Under the pieces are notes generated by a model, which was not told where the DNA came from, ran no database searches, and saw only the letters and a list, made by a program, of their open reading frames with translations. Positions 13,225-24,616 of a stretch of 64,000 nt of DNA are shown here, in pieces. The translations under genes were made by a program, and so were the position numbers. The stretch comes from Octopus vulgaris (Eukaryota): positions 18,042,001 through 18,106,000 of the forward strand of contig OX597815.1 of the NCBI GenBank assembly GCA_951406725.2. The letters are read 5' to 3'. The stretch's first letter is position 1. Each line of letters opens with the position of its first letter.

Positions 13225-13510
13225 ACGGGCATATGGCATAGTGGTTAAGAGTATGGGCTACTAATGCCAAGATTCCGAGTTCGATTCCAAGCAGTGACCT
13301 GAACAATAACAATAATAATAATAATAACATCAAAAAATACCTTAGGAATGAGAACCCAGATTCAAAATTTCCCCAAGACACCTGAAGAAGGCTGGAGGGT
13401 ATATCAGCCGAAACGTTGTGTTAACAACAATCAAGATGAGGACAGATATCCTTCAATTGTAAATGATGTAAATAATGTACATAATTCCTCATCTCTAAAA
13501 TATAGAACTG
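13225..13510 (+). mobile_element. tRNA-headed element with hammerhead motif and Penelope-like tail
   Basis: A box TGGCATAGTGG 13234-13244, B box GAGTTCGATTCC 13277-13288, (AAT)n, hammerhead motif; tail shared with 59036-59074 and 62636-62738. Confidence 0.75.
13377..13422 (+). ncRNA. Minimal type I hammerhead ribozyme motif
   Basis: GACAC-CTGAAGA-A-GGCTG(loop)CAGCC-GAAAC-GTT-GTGTT: stems I and II pair; stem III is the palindrome AACGTT. Confidence 0.7.
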
Positions 13511-13559
13511 TATTATTATTGTTATTATTGTTTCCTTTCATTTATAACTTTATTTCAGC

Positions 13560-13930
13560 TGCCTTACTATCGGGCATCCTCCGGAGGCCAAGAGTACTTT
13601 CGTTTTGCTATGCATGCTAAAATTATCACCACATTTATTCCTTTGTAGATGGAGAGGGATTTCCATAATATATGGGTTATACCCATCAAGGTTATCTTTT
13701 GTATTTCATGGAGATTGGAGTTACTAGGGAGTTGCTTAATATACTTATCTCTCTTCTTTATCATTCCCAAAGCACCAATTACTACTAGTGTTATCATAGT
13801 ACTAAGCTTCCACATTTTTGTGATTTCAATTTGCAGATCTTTATAGTGAGAAAGCTTTTCGTATTCTTTTCTTGAGACATTTTGATCTTGTGGGACAGAC
13901 ATATCTATTAACAGACAAATTCCTTTGTTT
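13560..13930 (-). pseudogene. RLE-clade LINE 3' fragment
   Basis: ORF MSVPQDQNVSRKEYEKLSHYKDLQIEITKMW..VVIGALGMIKK. Confidence 0.88.
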
Positions 13931-14499
13931 CATTAAGGTTGCAAGCTAGTAGAATCATTAGCATACTGGGCAAAATGCTTAATGGTATTTTACCCATTGC
14001 TACGTTTTGAGTTCAAATTCCGCCGAGGTTGACTTCTTTATACTGCCTTGTTGTGCCCAGCTAACAGGCTTTCTGCAGTGTTAGAAAAGTCAACTTTGGT
14101 ATCCATCATCTTCAACCTGCCGTTCACACTTCTTGCAAGTATCCCCGAGGTTCCATTTACAATTGGGACAATCTTAACTTTGCAGCAGCTCCAAATTCTT
14201 TGAAGTTTGTATTTTAATCCCTGGTATATTCCTATTTTCTCACATCTTTTCTCCTGCTCTGACACGAGATGTCCACACCACATCCATTAAGCAACATACT
14301 CTTTTCTCTTTATTGAGTACTAGCAGAATTGCCCGGCGTTGCTCGGGGCTGAATTGCTTGAAAGTACTGTTAATGATTGCACTGAATTATGATGATTATT
14401 CAGGCAAATATTGATATAAGTTTACGGTGGGAGATAAGGACTTAACGATCAAACGTGTGCCATTGCATTGTTTTGGGGAAACCAAATTTCTGATGAGCA

Positions 14500-14930
14500 T
14501 TATTGGGGCACCAACTTTAAGTTTGAGAAAGTAGTCCGGGGTGCTCAAAGGAATTGAGTACCTCTATTGGATAGTTGATGACGTCCTCTGGGTCAGGAGT
14601 TGTATTGATAGACTGATAACATAGACTTCCCCAGGAATGAGTTTTAGCATTTCATCATTAATATGGTGAACAGTTTTATTCCTCGGGGCCAGTATAGCCT
14701 TTTTGCCAATCCAATCCATATTCTGATAATTAGCTTGTAGATCTGGGAACACTGCATCTCTGAGATCAGAAGGCGTCTTAACAATGGTACAAATGGAATC
14801 GATGGCAATATTACCATTTTCATCCCCTGGTATTTTGCCTTCGCCAAGTGCAAGGAGGGTGTGAGGAAATGCTGCTGATGTGATATTACGTCGCATATGA
14901 GCACGCATATTGGTGTGAAGTTTGAGAGTT
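14500..14930 (-). pseudogene. Helitron Pif1-like helicase fragment
   Basis: MRAHM..LLALGEGKI..VFPDLQANYQNMDWIGKKAILAPRNKTVHHINDEMLKLIPGE. Confidence 0.9.
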
Positions 14931-15156
14931 ACTTCCCTTTATTAAAAAAAATATGCATTAAAATGGAAAAAATGATGGTAAATTATTTGTAAAATCATAG
15001 ACTCATCGTAGACGCGCGCTAATACCCAGAAGGGCTCGATATGAATCACAACTATAAGATACCTAGTTTTGGTTAAACTGCATCGCAAAATGTGGGAGTA
15101 GTTAGGAATCTAAATCGGAGTAGACAGACACACAACCTTTCTTTTATATATAAATA

Positions 15157-15835
15157 TTTTCGTCCTAAAAAACTTTGTATGGATTGAATGGTTACCTCTA
15201 TGGAAAAATATACACGCACATTATACATATATGTGTGTATAGATGAATATATAAATACATTTAAATATCTATATACACTTTTGGGCGATCTTTCTGTTTC
15301 TTAGAGATAACTTTAGATCTTATTTTCGTCCTAAAAACTTTGTATGGAGTGAATGGTTACCTTTATGGAAATATATACACACACGTTATACATACATGTG
15401 TGCATAGATGAATATATAAATACATTTATATATCTATATACACTTTTGGGCGATCCTTGTGCTACTTAGAGATAACTTTAGATCTTATTTTCGTCCTAAA
15501 AAACTTTGTGCGGAGTGAATGGTTACGTCTATGGAAATATATACACACACATTATACATACATCTGTGTATAGATGAATATATAAATACATTTAAATATC
15601 TATATACACTTTTGGGCGATCTTTCTGCTACTTGTATATACTTTAGATCTTATATTCGTCCTAAAAACTTTGTATGGAGTGAAAGGTTACCTCTATGGAA
15701 ATATATACACACACATTATACATACATCTGTGTATAGATGAATATATAAATACATTTAAATATCTATATACACTTTTGGGCGATCTTTCTGCTACTTGGA
15801 TATACTTTAGGTCTTATATTCGTCCTAAAAAACTT
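15157..15835. repeat. ~165-bp tandem repeat, about 4 copies
   Basis: Unit start TTCGTCCTAAAAA recurs near 15157, 15323, 15488, 15653 and 15817. Confidence 0.95.
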
Positions 15836-16557
15836 TCCTGTTACACACTCACGCACACACACACACACGCACACACACACATGCACCCTCACACACACAC
15901 ACGCACACACACACACACTCACACACACGAACACACACACACACACGTTAGCTTACAATTTTATTTATATATTTGCGTGTCTATATGTGTAAAGAGGAAG
16001 TGGGAATGCAGAGTGAAAGAGTCACTCACTACAAAAAGTGAATTACTTTCACTTTAATCGTTGCACACTGTGCGTGTGCGTGTGCGTGTGCTGTAGCCCA
16101 CACTAAGAAAAGCATTTGACTTATACACCACAATGTGAGTTTTCTCTAAATTTTGCTTAATTGGGGTTGAAATTTTAAAAACTGGACCTGGCACGACCCG
16201 ATGCATTCTACTCTTAAAAATGCTAGGTAAATTGTAATTGAAGAAATCCTATATTGTAGATTTCTATAAGAGACAAAGGGAGGCAGATAAAATGTGCCTT
16301 TTATAATAAGAGATGAGAATATCTGGCCATGAAAGTTATATTTGTTTATCCCTTTGAAGTTTCATATCCCATTGCATTGTACTTTTAAGTGGAAATTTTC
16401 AATGACATGTTCTGTTTTATGGTCGTATTATTTTCCTATATATTTAAATCCATAACTTCTTTTTACAAATTTGCCAATGTAGGTTGGTGTGCTAGTGTAA
16501 TGGTAGCAATCTTATCTCGAAAACAAAGAGTTGTGAGTTTGAGTCCCATGTGTATAT

Positions 16558-16718
16558 AGGCGCAGGAGTGGTAGTGCGAAGTAGCTTGCTTACCAACCAC
16601 ATGGTTCCAGGTTCAGTCCCACTGTGTGGCACCTTGGGCAAGTGTCTTCTACTATCGCCTCAGGCCGAACAAAGCCTTGTGAGTGGATTTGGTGGACGGA
16701 AACTGAAAGAAGCCTGTC

Positions 16719-16762
<44 letters not shown>

Positions 16763-16962
16763 CTGTTTGTTCCCACCAACATCGTTTGACAACCGATGTT
16801 GGTGTGTTTACGTCCCTGTAACTTAGCTGTTTGGCAAAAGAGACCAATAGAATAAGTACTAAGCTTACAAAGAATAAGTCCTGGGGTCAATTTGCTCGAC
16901 TAAAGGCGGTGCTCCAGCATGGCCGCAGTCAAAGGACTGAAGCAAGTAAAAGAGTAAAAGAG
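16558..16962 (+). mobile_element. SINE family A, full length
   Basis: GGCGCAGGAGTGG head, GGTTCAGTCCC B box, CCTTGGGCAAGTG motif, (AAGAGTA) tail. Confidence 0.9.
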
Positions 16963-17698
16963 TATAATTCCAACAACAATGCCGTGTCTTCAATTCTTAC
17001 ATACTCTCTGAACCGATATTTTATATTCGGAGACTATATGCAGAACTGTCTCGTCTCTTCACCACACATTTTACATCCAGCCAAGTGTCTTTCTTATCTA
17101 TGTCCTTCCTGATATATTCTGTTCAGATTGTTTGATCCTGCACAGTTAGAACCAAGATGACTTGGTCACTGAAAAATGACTCAGTCACTGAAATTTCTTC
17201 TGCTACCAAAGTTTGAAAAATGTTTTAAAAAATGTTTTGAAAACAATCTTTCCATGTAAATCTTTCAATCTGTATTGTTGTTTTCTAACTTTGAGAGTTT
17301 TACTTTTTTCCTCTTCCTTCAGATAAAAAATATCTCCCTCTTCTTAATTCTGTTTCAAAAGCATTTCTTCACTCTCAGCAACACACTTTCTTCACTTCTC
17401 TATTTCTTCTTCCACAAGTCTTCTACAATTATCAATTGAAATAAAATTGGTCAACATTTGCTTGAGGTGTAAAACATTTGCTTGATTTGTCAACAATTTC
17501 CCTGTTTTTCTATTTACATTCTCAAGGTCTTCCTTTGTCCAGCTGACTATTCTGATGCTGTGCCTGATGATGAATGTGGCTCATGAGTTTATGGAAGGGC
17601 ATCTCTGTATTAATGCTTTTGAATTTGAATTTTTCTATTTTCTTTATCCTTTGGAAATATTTTTTCCTGACTATCTTTTATTGTTTCATCCTTTATAC

Positions 17699-18477
17699 CT
17701 ATTTCTTTACTACCCACAAGGGGGCTAAACACAGAGAGGACAAACAAGGACAGACAAACGGATTAAGTCGATTATATCGAACCCAGTGTGTAACTGGTAC
17801 TTATTTAATGAACCCCGAGAGGATGAAAGGCAAAGTCGACCTCGGGGGAATTTGAACTCAGAACGTAACGGCAGACGTAATACCTATTTCTTTACTACCC
17901 ACAAGGGGCTAAACACAGAGAGGACAAACAGGGACAGACAAACGGATTAAGTTTATTATATCGAACCCAGTGCGTAACTGGTACTTAATTTATCGATCCC
18001 GAAAGGCAAAGTCGACCTCAGCGGAATTTGAACTCAGAACGTAGCTGCAGATGAAATACCCATTTCTTTACTACCCACAAGGGGCTAAATACAGAGAGGG
18101 CAAACAAGGACAGACAAACGGATTAAGTTGATTATATCGACCCCAGTGCGTAACTGGTACTTATTTAATCGATCCCGAAAGGATGAAAGGCAAAGTCGAC
18201 CTCGGCGGAATTTGAACTCAGAACGTAACGGCAGATGAAATACCCATTTCTTTACTACCCACAAAGGGCTAAACACAGAGAGGACAAACAAGGACAGACA
18301 AACGGATTAAGTTGATTATATCGACCCCAGTGTGTAACTGGTACTTAATTTATCGACCCCGAAAGGATGAAAGGCAAAGTCGACCTCGGCAGAATTTGAA
18401 CTCAGAACATAACAGCAGACGAAATACCACTAAGCATTTCATCCAGCGCACTAATGATTCTGCCAGCTCACCACCTT
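17699..18477 (-). mobile_element. SINE B tetramer (one head plus four ~185-bp bodies)
   Basis: 15-bp TSD TTCATCCTTTATACC at 17685-17699 and 18476-18490. Confidence 0.93.
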
Positions 18478-18604
18478 CATCCTTTATACCATTAGTTTCC
18501 ATGACTTGCAAATATCTGTATCCATGGCCCATATCAATCTCTCGCTTCTTCTTAGCAAATTCATTTATCACTTTTATGCTATTTCTACTTCTTTATCATA
18601 AAAA

Positions 18605-18880
18605 AGGTACTGTAACCTATTTGAAAATGATTCCAGGCTTACCATCCCTACAGGAGGTGCAAAATATCATATTAACTGGAATGGCTCATGTACTGAGAAG
18701 AGCATTATCGCTGTGAAAACAACATCCATCCATGAATTTATTTATTTATTAATTTTTTTAAATACATATTTTACCTGTGAATTTGCACGTGTAATCTGGG
18801 AATGCATACAATGAGCTTCTCTGCCCTAGGTGTATGAAAAACACTTGACAAGAAACGGAAGAAAATTTGAAGAAGAAGGA

Positions 18881-18930
<50 letters not shown>

Positions 18931-19350
18931 TAATAATAATAATAATAAGTTTGACAAGCTCAGAAAATATAAAGACCTACTCATTGAAATTGAGAAAATG
19001 TGGCATCTCAAGACGGTTACAATACCAGTGATCATAGGAGCACTAGGAATGATCAAGAAGGGAACCGAAAATTATATGAGAATGATCCCTGGCTTACCAT
19101 CCCTGCAAGAAGTGCAAAAGATTGTCTTAACTGGTACATCACATGTATTGAGAAGAGCATTGTCGATGTGAGAACTGTTGCTGCTCATGTATTTTAATTT
19201 AACTTAAAAAAAAAAATTAAAAAAAAAAGGAACGAACTATTGAGTTTGGTTTAATGGCCTACCAATGTATACTATGAGTTTCTTTGCCCTAGGAGTCGGG
19301 AAGACACTCGGCAAGAAATGGAAGCAAATTTTAAAGAAGAAAAAAAAAAA

Positions 19351-19352
<2 letters not shown>
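18605..19352 (+). mobile_element. Two 5'-truncated Dong/R4-like LINE 3' ends adjoining (TAA)n
   Basis: KYKDLLIEIEKMWHLKTVTIPVIIGALGMIKKG..VLRRALSM*; second copy has (TAA)n on both sides. Confidence 0.85.
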
Positions 19353-19420
<68 letters not shown>

Positions 19421-19434
19421 TATGACCCACGATT

Positions 19435-20290
19435 AAAAAAGACCAACTAAATTGAGAAGATGGTTATAAGAAACTGCAAGAGAAGGTGAACTGGTATAGC
19501 AAAGGGGTAGATGGACAACAAAAATGCATATGACAAAGTCCCCAACTCATGGATTTTCAAGACACTCAATTACTCAACTGCACATAACATCTCCGAACTG
19601 ATATGAATAAGCATGGAAAATTGGGAAACAAAACTAACAACTGGAGGAGACCCTTTTGGAAAAGTCAAAATAAGACCAAAGTATCTTCCAAGATGACAGC
19701 CTGCCACTTCTATTGTCTGTGATTGCACTTATCTCACTCTCCCTAGAATTAGGACGAAAAGTAAAAATTGGAAATAGTTGATTATTTGCTATTTAAGGTT
19801 CAACTAAAGCTATATGGCAAAATTGAGAGGGAATTAGAAACCCTTGTCAGTACTGTGAGAGTGTTTAACCCTTTCGTTACTGTATTTATTTTGAGATGCT
19901 CTGTGTTTCTTTCAATTACTTTAAATCATCATCATCATCATCATCATCATCGTTTAACGTCCGTTTTCCGCGCTAGCACGGGTTGGACGGTTCGACCGGG
20001 GTCTGGGAAGCCAGGGGCTGCACCAGGCTCCAGTCTGATCTGGCAGAGTTTCTACAGCTGGATGCCCTTCCTAACGCTAACCACTCCGTGAGTGTAGTGG
20101 GTGCTTTTTACAAAGAATTTAGTAAAATAGCTTAGTTATCATTAAGTTAGTGTTAGGAACATTAATCGTGACTTAAGTTTTAGTGGAAGATTTTAATTCA
20201 AAACTTATGAAAACAAGACATTTGTATTAAAGAGCCAGAGCCAGTTTCAGTCGGGTTGGTAACGAAAGGGTTAACAATGACATATAACTT
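19435..20290 (+). pseudogene. RLE-clade RT core fragment (inverted relative to 14040-18600)
   Basis: KDQL..MDNKNAYDKVPNSWI..FQDDSL..LKLYGKIERELETLVSTVRVF. Confidence 0.8.
19869..20270. mobile_element. piggyBac-type MITE with nested family C element (19926-20110)
   Basis: TTAA on both sides; TIR CCCTTTCGTTAC. Confidence 0.92.
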
Positions 20291-20599
20291 GTTGTGTGTA
20301 AACATCAGAGTGTGTAAAAATACACCTACATGATCTAAAGTCTGACCCTGTGCCTTGTTTTCTGTGAATGCATGAGTGGAATCTTTAGGGTTGCAAAAAA
20401 TAAAACTAAGACTTACTTCTCACTGTTCTCTGCGAATAATGTCTGGATGTTCTGGTACCATGGGTTATTTTGATTGGCAAAACTGAGATGTGAACAGCAG
20501 CTGTTTTAATTAGCCGTTTTGAATCCTGCTGGAGACTGACACACTTCAATAACTACTAAGTAATCATACACACTATATACTGACACACCCTTTTTCCAT

Positions 20600-20891
20600 T
20601 TTATTTTTGCTATCCTCACGACCCCATTCGTCAACTATACAATGAGAATCCAGAGTTACTAGTGGTTAGTGAACTTTTAATAAAAATGCAAAGGTGGTTT
20701 ATCAATTCAAAAATCGATACCCACGAAATAATCATACTTTCTGATTTTTTAATGCTAAAAACCTTCCTGACGACCGTCTTTGTAATCCTGAAAAATATCG
20801 TAACCATTGGTCCAGATGTCTGGCCGAGAAGAGGGAACAAAGAAGTGGACAGACGGACAGATAGATGGACATAATGCTCATTATAGTAAGA
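20600..20891 (-). mobile_element. Helitron-like 5' remnant (related remnant at 21485-21642)
   Basis: Begins TCTTACTATAATGAGC on the minus strand, followed by CTGT-type repeats as in the other Helitron 5' ends. Confidence 0.5.
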
Positions 20892-21077
20892 CAGCAAATT
20901 TGCCCATCTATGATGAGAAATAAGGGGACAGTATCACAAATCTAAACCCTCTAAGTTCATGAACTATACAGGATGGATAGGGGGTGGGGTTGGAATCCAG
21001 AATAAATCCTCATCGCAGGAATTTTACCAAAAAAAAATAAATAAAATAAAAGGTGATTTATTAGTACAAAACTCAAT

Positions 21078-21470
21078 GGAATGGATGGAAGCACTCCGTC
21101 GGTTCCGACGACAAGGGTTCCGGTTGATCCGATCGACGGAACAGCCTGCTCGTGAAATTAACGTGTAAGTGGCCGAGCACTCCACAGACACGTGTACCCT
21201 TAACGTAGTTCTCGGGGATATTCAGCGTGACACAGAGAGTGACAAGGCCGGCCCTTTGAAATACAGGTACAACAGAAACAGGAAGTAAGAGTGAGAGAAA
21301 GTTGTGGTGAAAGAGTACAGCAGGGTTCACCACCATCCCCTGCCGGAGCCTTGTGGAACTTTTAGGTGTTTTCGCTCAATAAACACTCACAACGCCCGGT
21401 CTGGGAATCGAAACCGCGATCCTATGACCGCGAGTCCGCTGCCCTAACCACTGGGCCATTGCGCCTCCAC
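21078..21470 (-). mobile_element. SINE family E (tail type i)
   Basis: tRNA-like head; 12-bp TSD ACAAAACTCAAT. Confidence 0.93.
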
Positions 21471-21679
21471 AACAAAACTCAATATCCACTAAATAATCAT
21501 ACTTATTTACATTTTTTACACAAAATAACTTTCCTGATTACCTCCTTTGTAATCCTAAAAAACATTGTGATCATTAGTCCAGCTGTTTGAGCGTAAAAAG
21601 AGAACAGACTGACAGATAGTCATAATGCTCATTATTGTAAGATTATGATGATGATTATTATTATTATTTATGATATAGG

Positions 21680-22830
21680 AGTACATTAGAAATTCCACAT
21701 GGTGTACCACAAGCAAACAATAGACACACGAGAGATACAATGAAATCATGGGCAGGTTAACAGAGGAAGCAGATGTTGTATGTGGCAGATGTGCAGTGAT
21801 AAATACAAAGAGTGTACAAGAAATAAATGTTCTCAATTGCTCAGGAGGAGTCCTAGAGGTGGTAGATATTTTCTATTGGGTATGTGGCCTAATTAGCAAT
21901 AGTAGCCAGAGTAAAGACAGTTTGGGGAAAGTTTAGAGTGCATACCTTTCACTTAATCCCTCCATCACTCTCCTATCAACTATATTATTCTGCTGTAAGT
22001 AATGAAATTAGAACTTGTTCCTACAAATCATATCATATCACAATTTTTGTACTGCCAGTCACTACTTCCTCTCCCCTGAGCTACTCACAATTTTCTCATG
22101 TGACATCTGTCCATCATTCTTATCTTCATACACATATTTAACCTTTTTGTTACCAACCCGGCTGAAACCTGCTCTGGCTCTGAGTACAAATGTCTTGTTT
22201 CCATAAGTTTTGAATTAAAATCCTCCACCAAACCTTAGTCACAATTAATGTTCTTAACACTAGCTGAATGATAACTAAGTTATTTTCCTAAATTCTTTGT
22301 TATATTTAAAGTAACTCAAAGAAACAGAGAGCATCTCAAAATAAATACAGTAACGAAAGGGTTAACGTTGGTAAAAGAAAAAAAGGCTTTTCTTTCAGAG
22401 TGAAAAGCAGGCTGTATAAAGGCTGTGTAAGGACTGCAATGCTAGTTGGTAGTAAAACATGAGCCTTGAATACAGGAGATCTACAAAGACTAGTCAAATG
22501 TGAAGTAAGCATTCTTTACTGGATATGCAATGTCAGTGTTCATGAATGGCAAAATACAAATGTGTTTAGAGAAAAACTGGATACAAGAGGAATCAGAGGT
22601 AGTGTTTGCATGGGAGAAGACTGTGTTGGTTTGGCTGTTGCATATGGATAAGACTGTATATGGATGAGATTTGTTTTATAAAGAAATGCTTAATAACAGA
22701 ACCGATGGAAGAGTGAGACTAAGGAAAATGTGAGATGGGGTTTGAAGACTGGTCCCAGGATGTTGAGTATGATGGGGATAATAAGGAACTGAAATGATTG
22801 GTAATATGCAGTCCTGAAAAGACTCACTCA
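21680..22830 (+). pseudogene. Decayed RTE-clade LINE 3' region, interrupted
   Basis: WGKFR..|..GFSFRVKSRLYKGCVRTAMLVGSKT* (equivalent to YGSETW). Confidence 0.75.
22142..22361. mobile_element. piggyBac-type MITE, copy 2 (opposite orientation)
   Basis: TTAA flanks; same TIR and body as the 19869 copy. Confidence 0.9.
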
Positions 22831-23112
22831 GCTATGCTTACATGGCATAAATGAAATTCTGAAAGCATAATGTGTATGCACACAACTGAGGTTGTGGAAA
22901 CATGTGTATGCACACAACAGGTTGTGGAAACATGTGTATGCACACTGGGCACACAACTGGGACCTTTACCTAGCATTCTTGTGAAATCTAGAATCGCTGT
23001 TTTTACTTATTTTCTCTCTTCCTTTTCCTTCCACTTAGATAATTGAGACTCTTTTTGAGTCCTTTCCTTTCATCACCCATACCTCATTCTTACCATTGAA
23101 ACCCACCACCTG

Positions 23113-23505
23113 TCATCATCATCGTTTAACGTCCGCTTTCCATGCTAGCATGGGTTAGATGGTTTGACTGAGGACTGGCGAACCAGATGGCTGCACCAGG
23201 CACAAATCTTGATCTGGCAGAGTTTCTACAGCTGGATGCCCTTCCTAACGCCAACAACTCCGAGAATGTAGTGGGTGCTTTTATGTGCCACTGGCAGTGG
23301 GGCCAGTCAGGCAGTACTGGCAACGACCTCACTCAAATGTTTTTACACGTGCCACCAGCACAAGTGTAAGTAAGGCAACACTGGTAATGATCACGCTCGA
23401 ATGGTGCCTTTTACGTGCCACCGGCACGGAAGCCAGTTAGCCACTCTGGCAACGATCATGCTTGGATGGTGCTTTTAGCACCCTACTAGCACGGGGCACA
23501 AGTGC
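23113..23505 (-). mobile_element. Family C retroposon, long form
   Basis: Core plus multiple GTGCCACCGGCAC subrepeats. Confidence 0.87.
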
Positions 23506-23901
23506 ATACCATAATTCTTATCATTGTCCAATCTCACTCTGTTCTATGCATCTCTCATTCCCCCACATCATGCTCTTGCAACACTTAACCACACATCTCA
23601 TTTCCTATCACTTAATCCCTCCATCACTCTCCTATCAACTATATTATTCTGCTGTAAGTAATGAAATTAGAACCTGTTCTTACTAATCATATCATATCAC
23701 AATTTTTGTACTGCCAGTCACTACTCGCTCTCCCCTGAGCTACTCACAATTTTCTCACGTGACATCTGTCCATCATTCTTATCTTCATACTCATATTTAC
23801 TACCAGTCACCCCTACTCCTGTTCACCATTCACTACTTTCACCTCCTCTATACATCTTGGACATATTACCGTCATGGTATGTTCAAGCGTACCATGCTTT
23901 A

Positions 23902-24319
23902 AAGGCGGCGAGCTGGTAGAATCGTTAGCACGCCGGGCGAAATGCTTAGCGGCATTTCGTCTGCCGATACGTTCTGAGTTCAAATTCCACCGAGGTCAAC
24001 TTTGCCTTTCATCCTTTTGGGGTCCATAAATTAAGTACCAGTTATGCACTGGGGTCGATATAATTGGCTTAATCCATTTGTCTGTCCTTGTTTGTCCTCT
24101 CTGTGTTTAGCCCCTTGTGGGTAGTAAAGAAATAGGTATTTTGTCTGCCGTTACATTCTGGGTTCAAATTCTGTCAAGGTCGACTTTGCTTTTCATCCTT
24201 TCGGAGTCGATTAAATACGTACCAGTTACGCACTGGGGTCAATGTAATCGACTTAATCCGTTTGTCTGTCCTTGTTTGTCCTCTCTGTGTTTAGCCCCTT
24301 GTGGGTAGTAAAGAAATAG
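23902..24319 (+). mobile_element. SINE B dimer
   Basis: One head, two bodies; GGTATGTTCAAGC near both flanks. Confidence 0.9.
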
Positions 24320-24616
24320 GTATGTTCAAGCATCTCATCAATATTATTACATATACCTCTCTTTATGGTGCTACTCCAGCCACCCTTGCCTGTCCATGTA
24401 AAATGAAAAGTAGCCAAGAATCTTTCTAACAAACCTGTTCCTATTTCTTCCCATTTTGCATTGATTTTTCACCCATTGCATGAAATGACTGCTCTTTCTC
24501 CAATTCTCCTTTTCAAGCAAGGAGACCTTTAGCCTTATATGTTTCGAGGTACTCTCACTGGTATTATGATAAAAAGCATCCAGTACACCTTGCAAAATAG
24601 TTGGTGTTAGACAGGG

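Larger units (their letters stand above)
14320..16313 (-). mobile_element. Composite non-autonomous Helitron
   Basis: 5' TCTCTTATTATAAAAG, 3' hairpin CCCGAGCAACGCCGGG then CTAG; inserted between A and T without TSD. Confidence 0.88.
14040..18600 (-). mobile_element. Decayed RLE-clade LINE (RT thumb, CCHC knuckle, PD..D endonuclease) split by a SINE B array, a SINE A and a Helitron
   Basis: YRYLQ (~18520), IVSWTKEDLENVNRKT (~17530), CKMCGEE..HIVSE (~17050); WPDIL|ILNKEKRVCCLMDV rejoins across the Helitron. Confidence 0.8.

Noticed and set aside
15157-15835. Regularly spaced repeats as a CRISPR array
   Set aside because: Whole units repeat with no unique spacers; no cas genes; eukaryotic context
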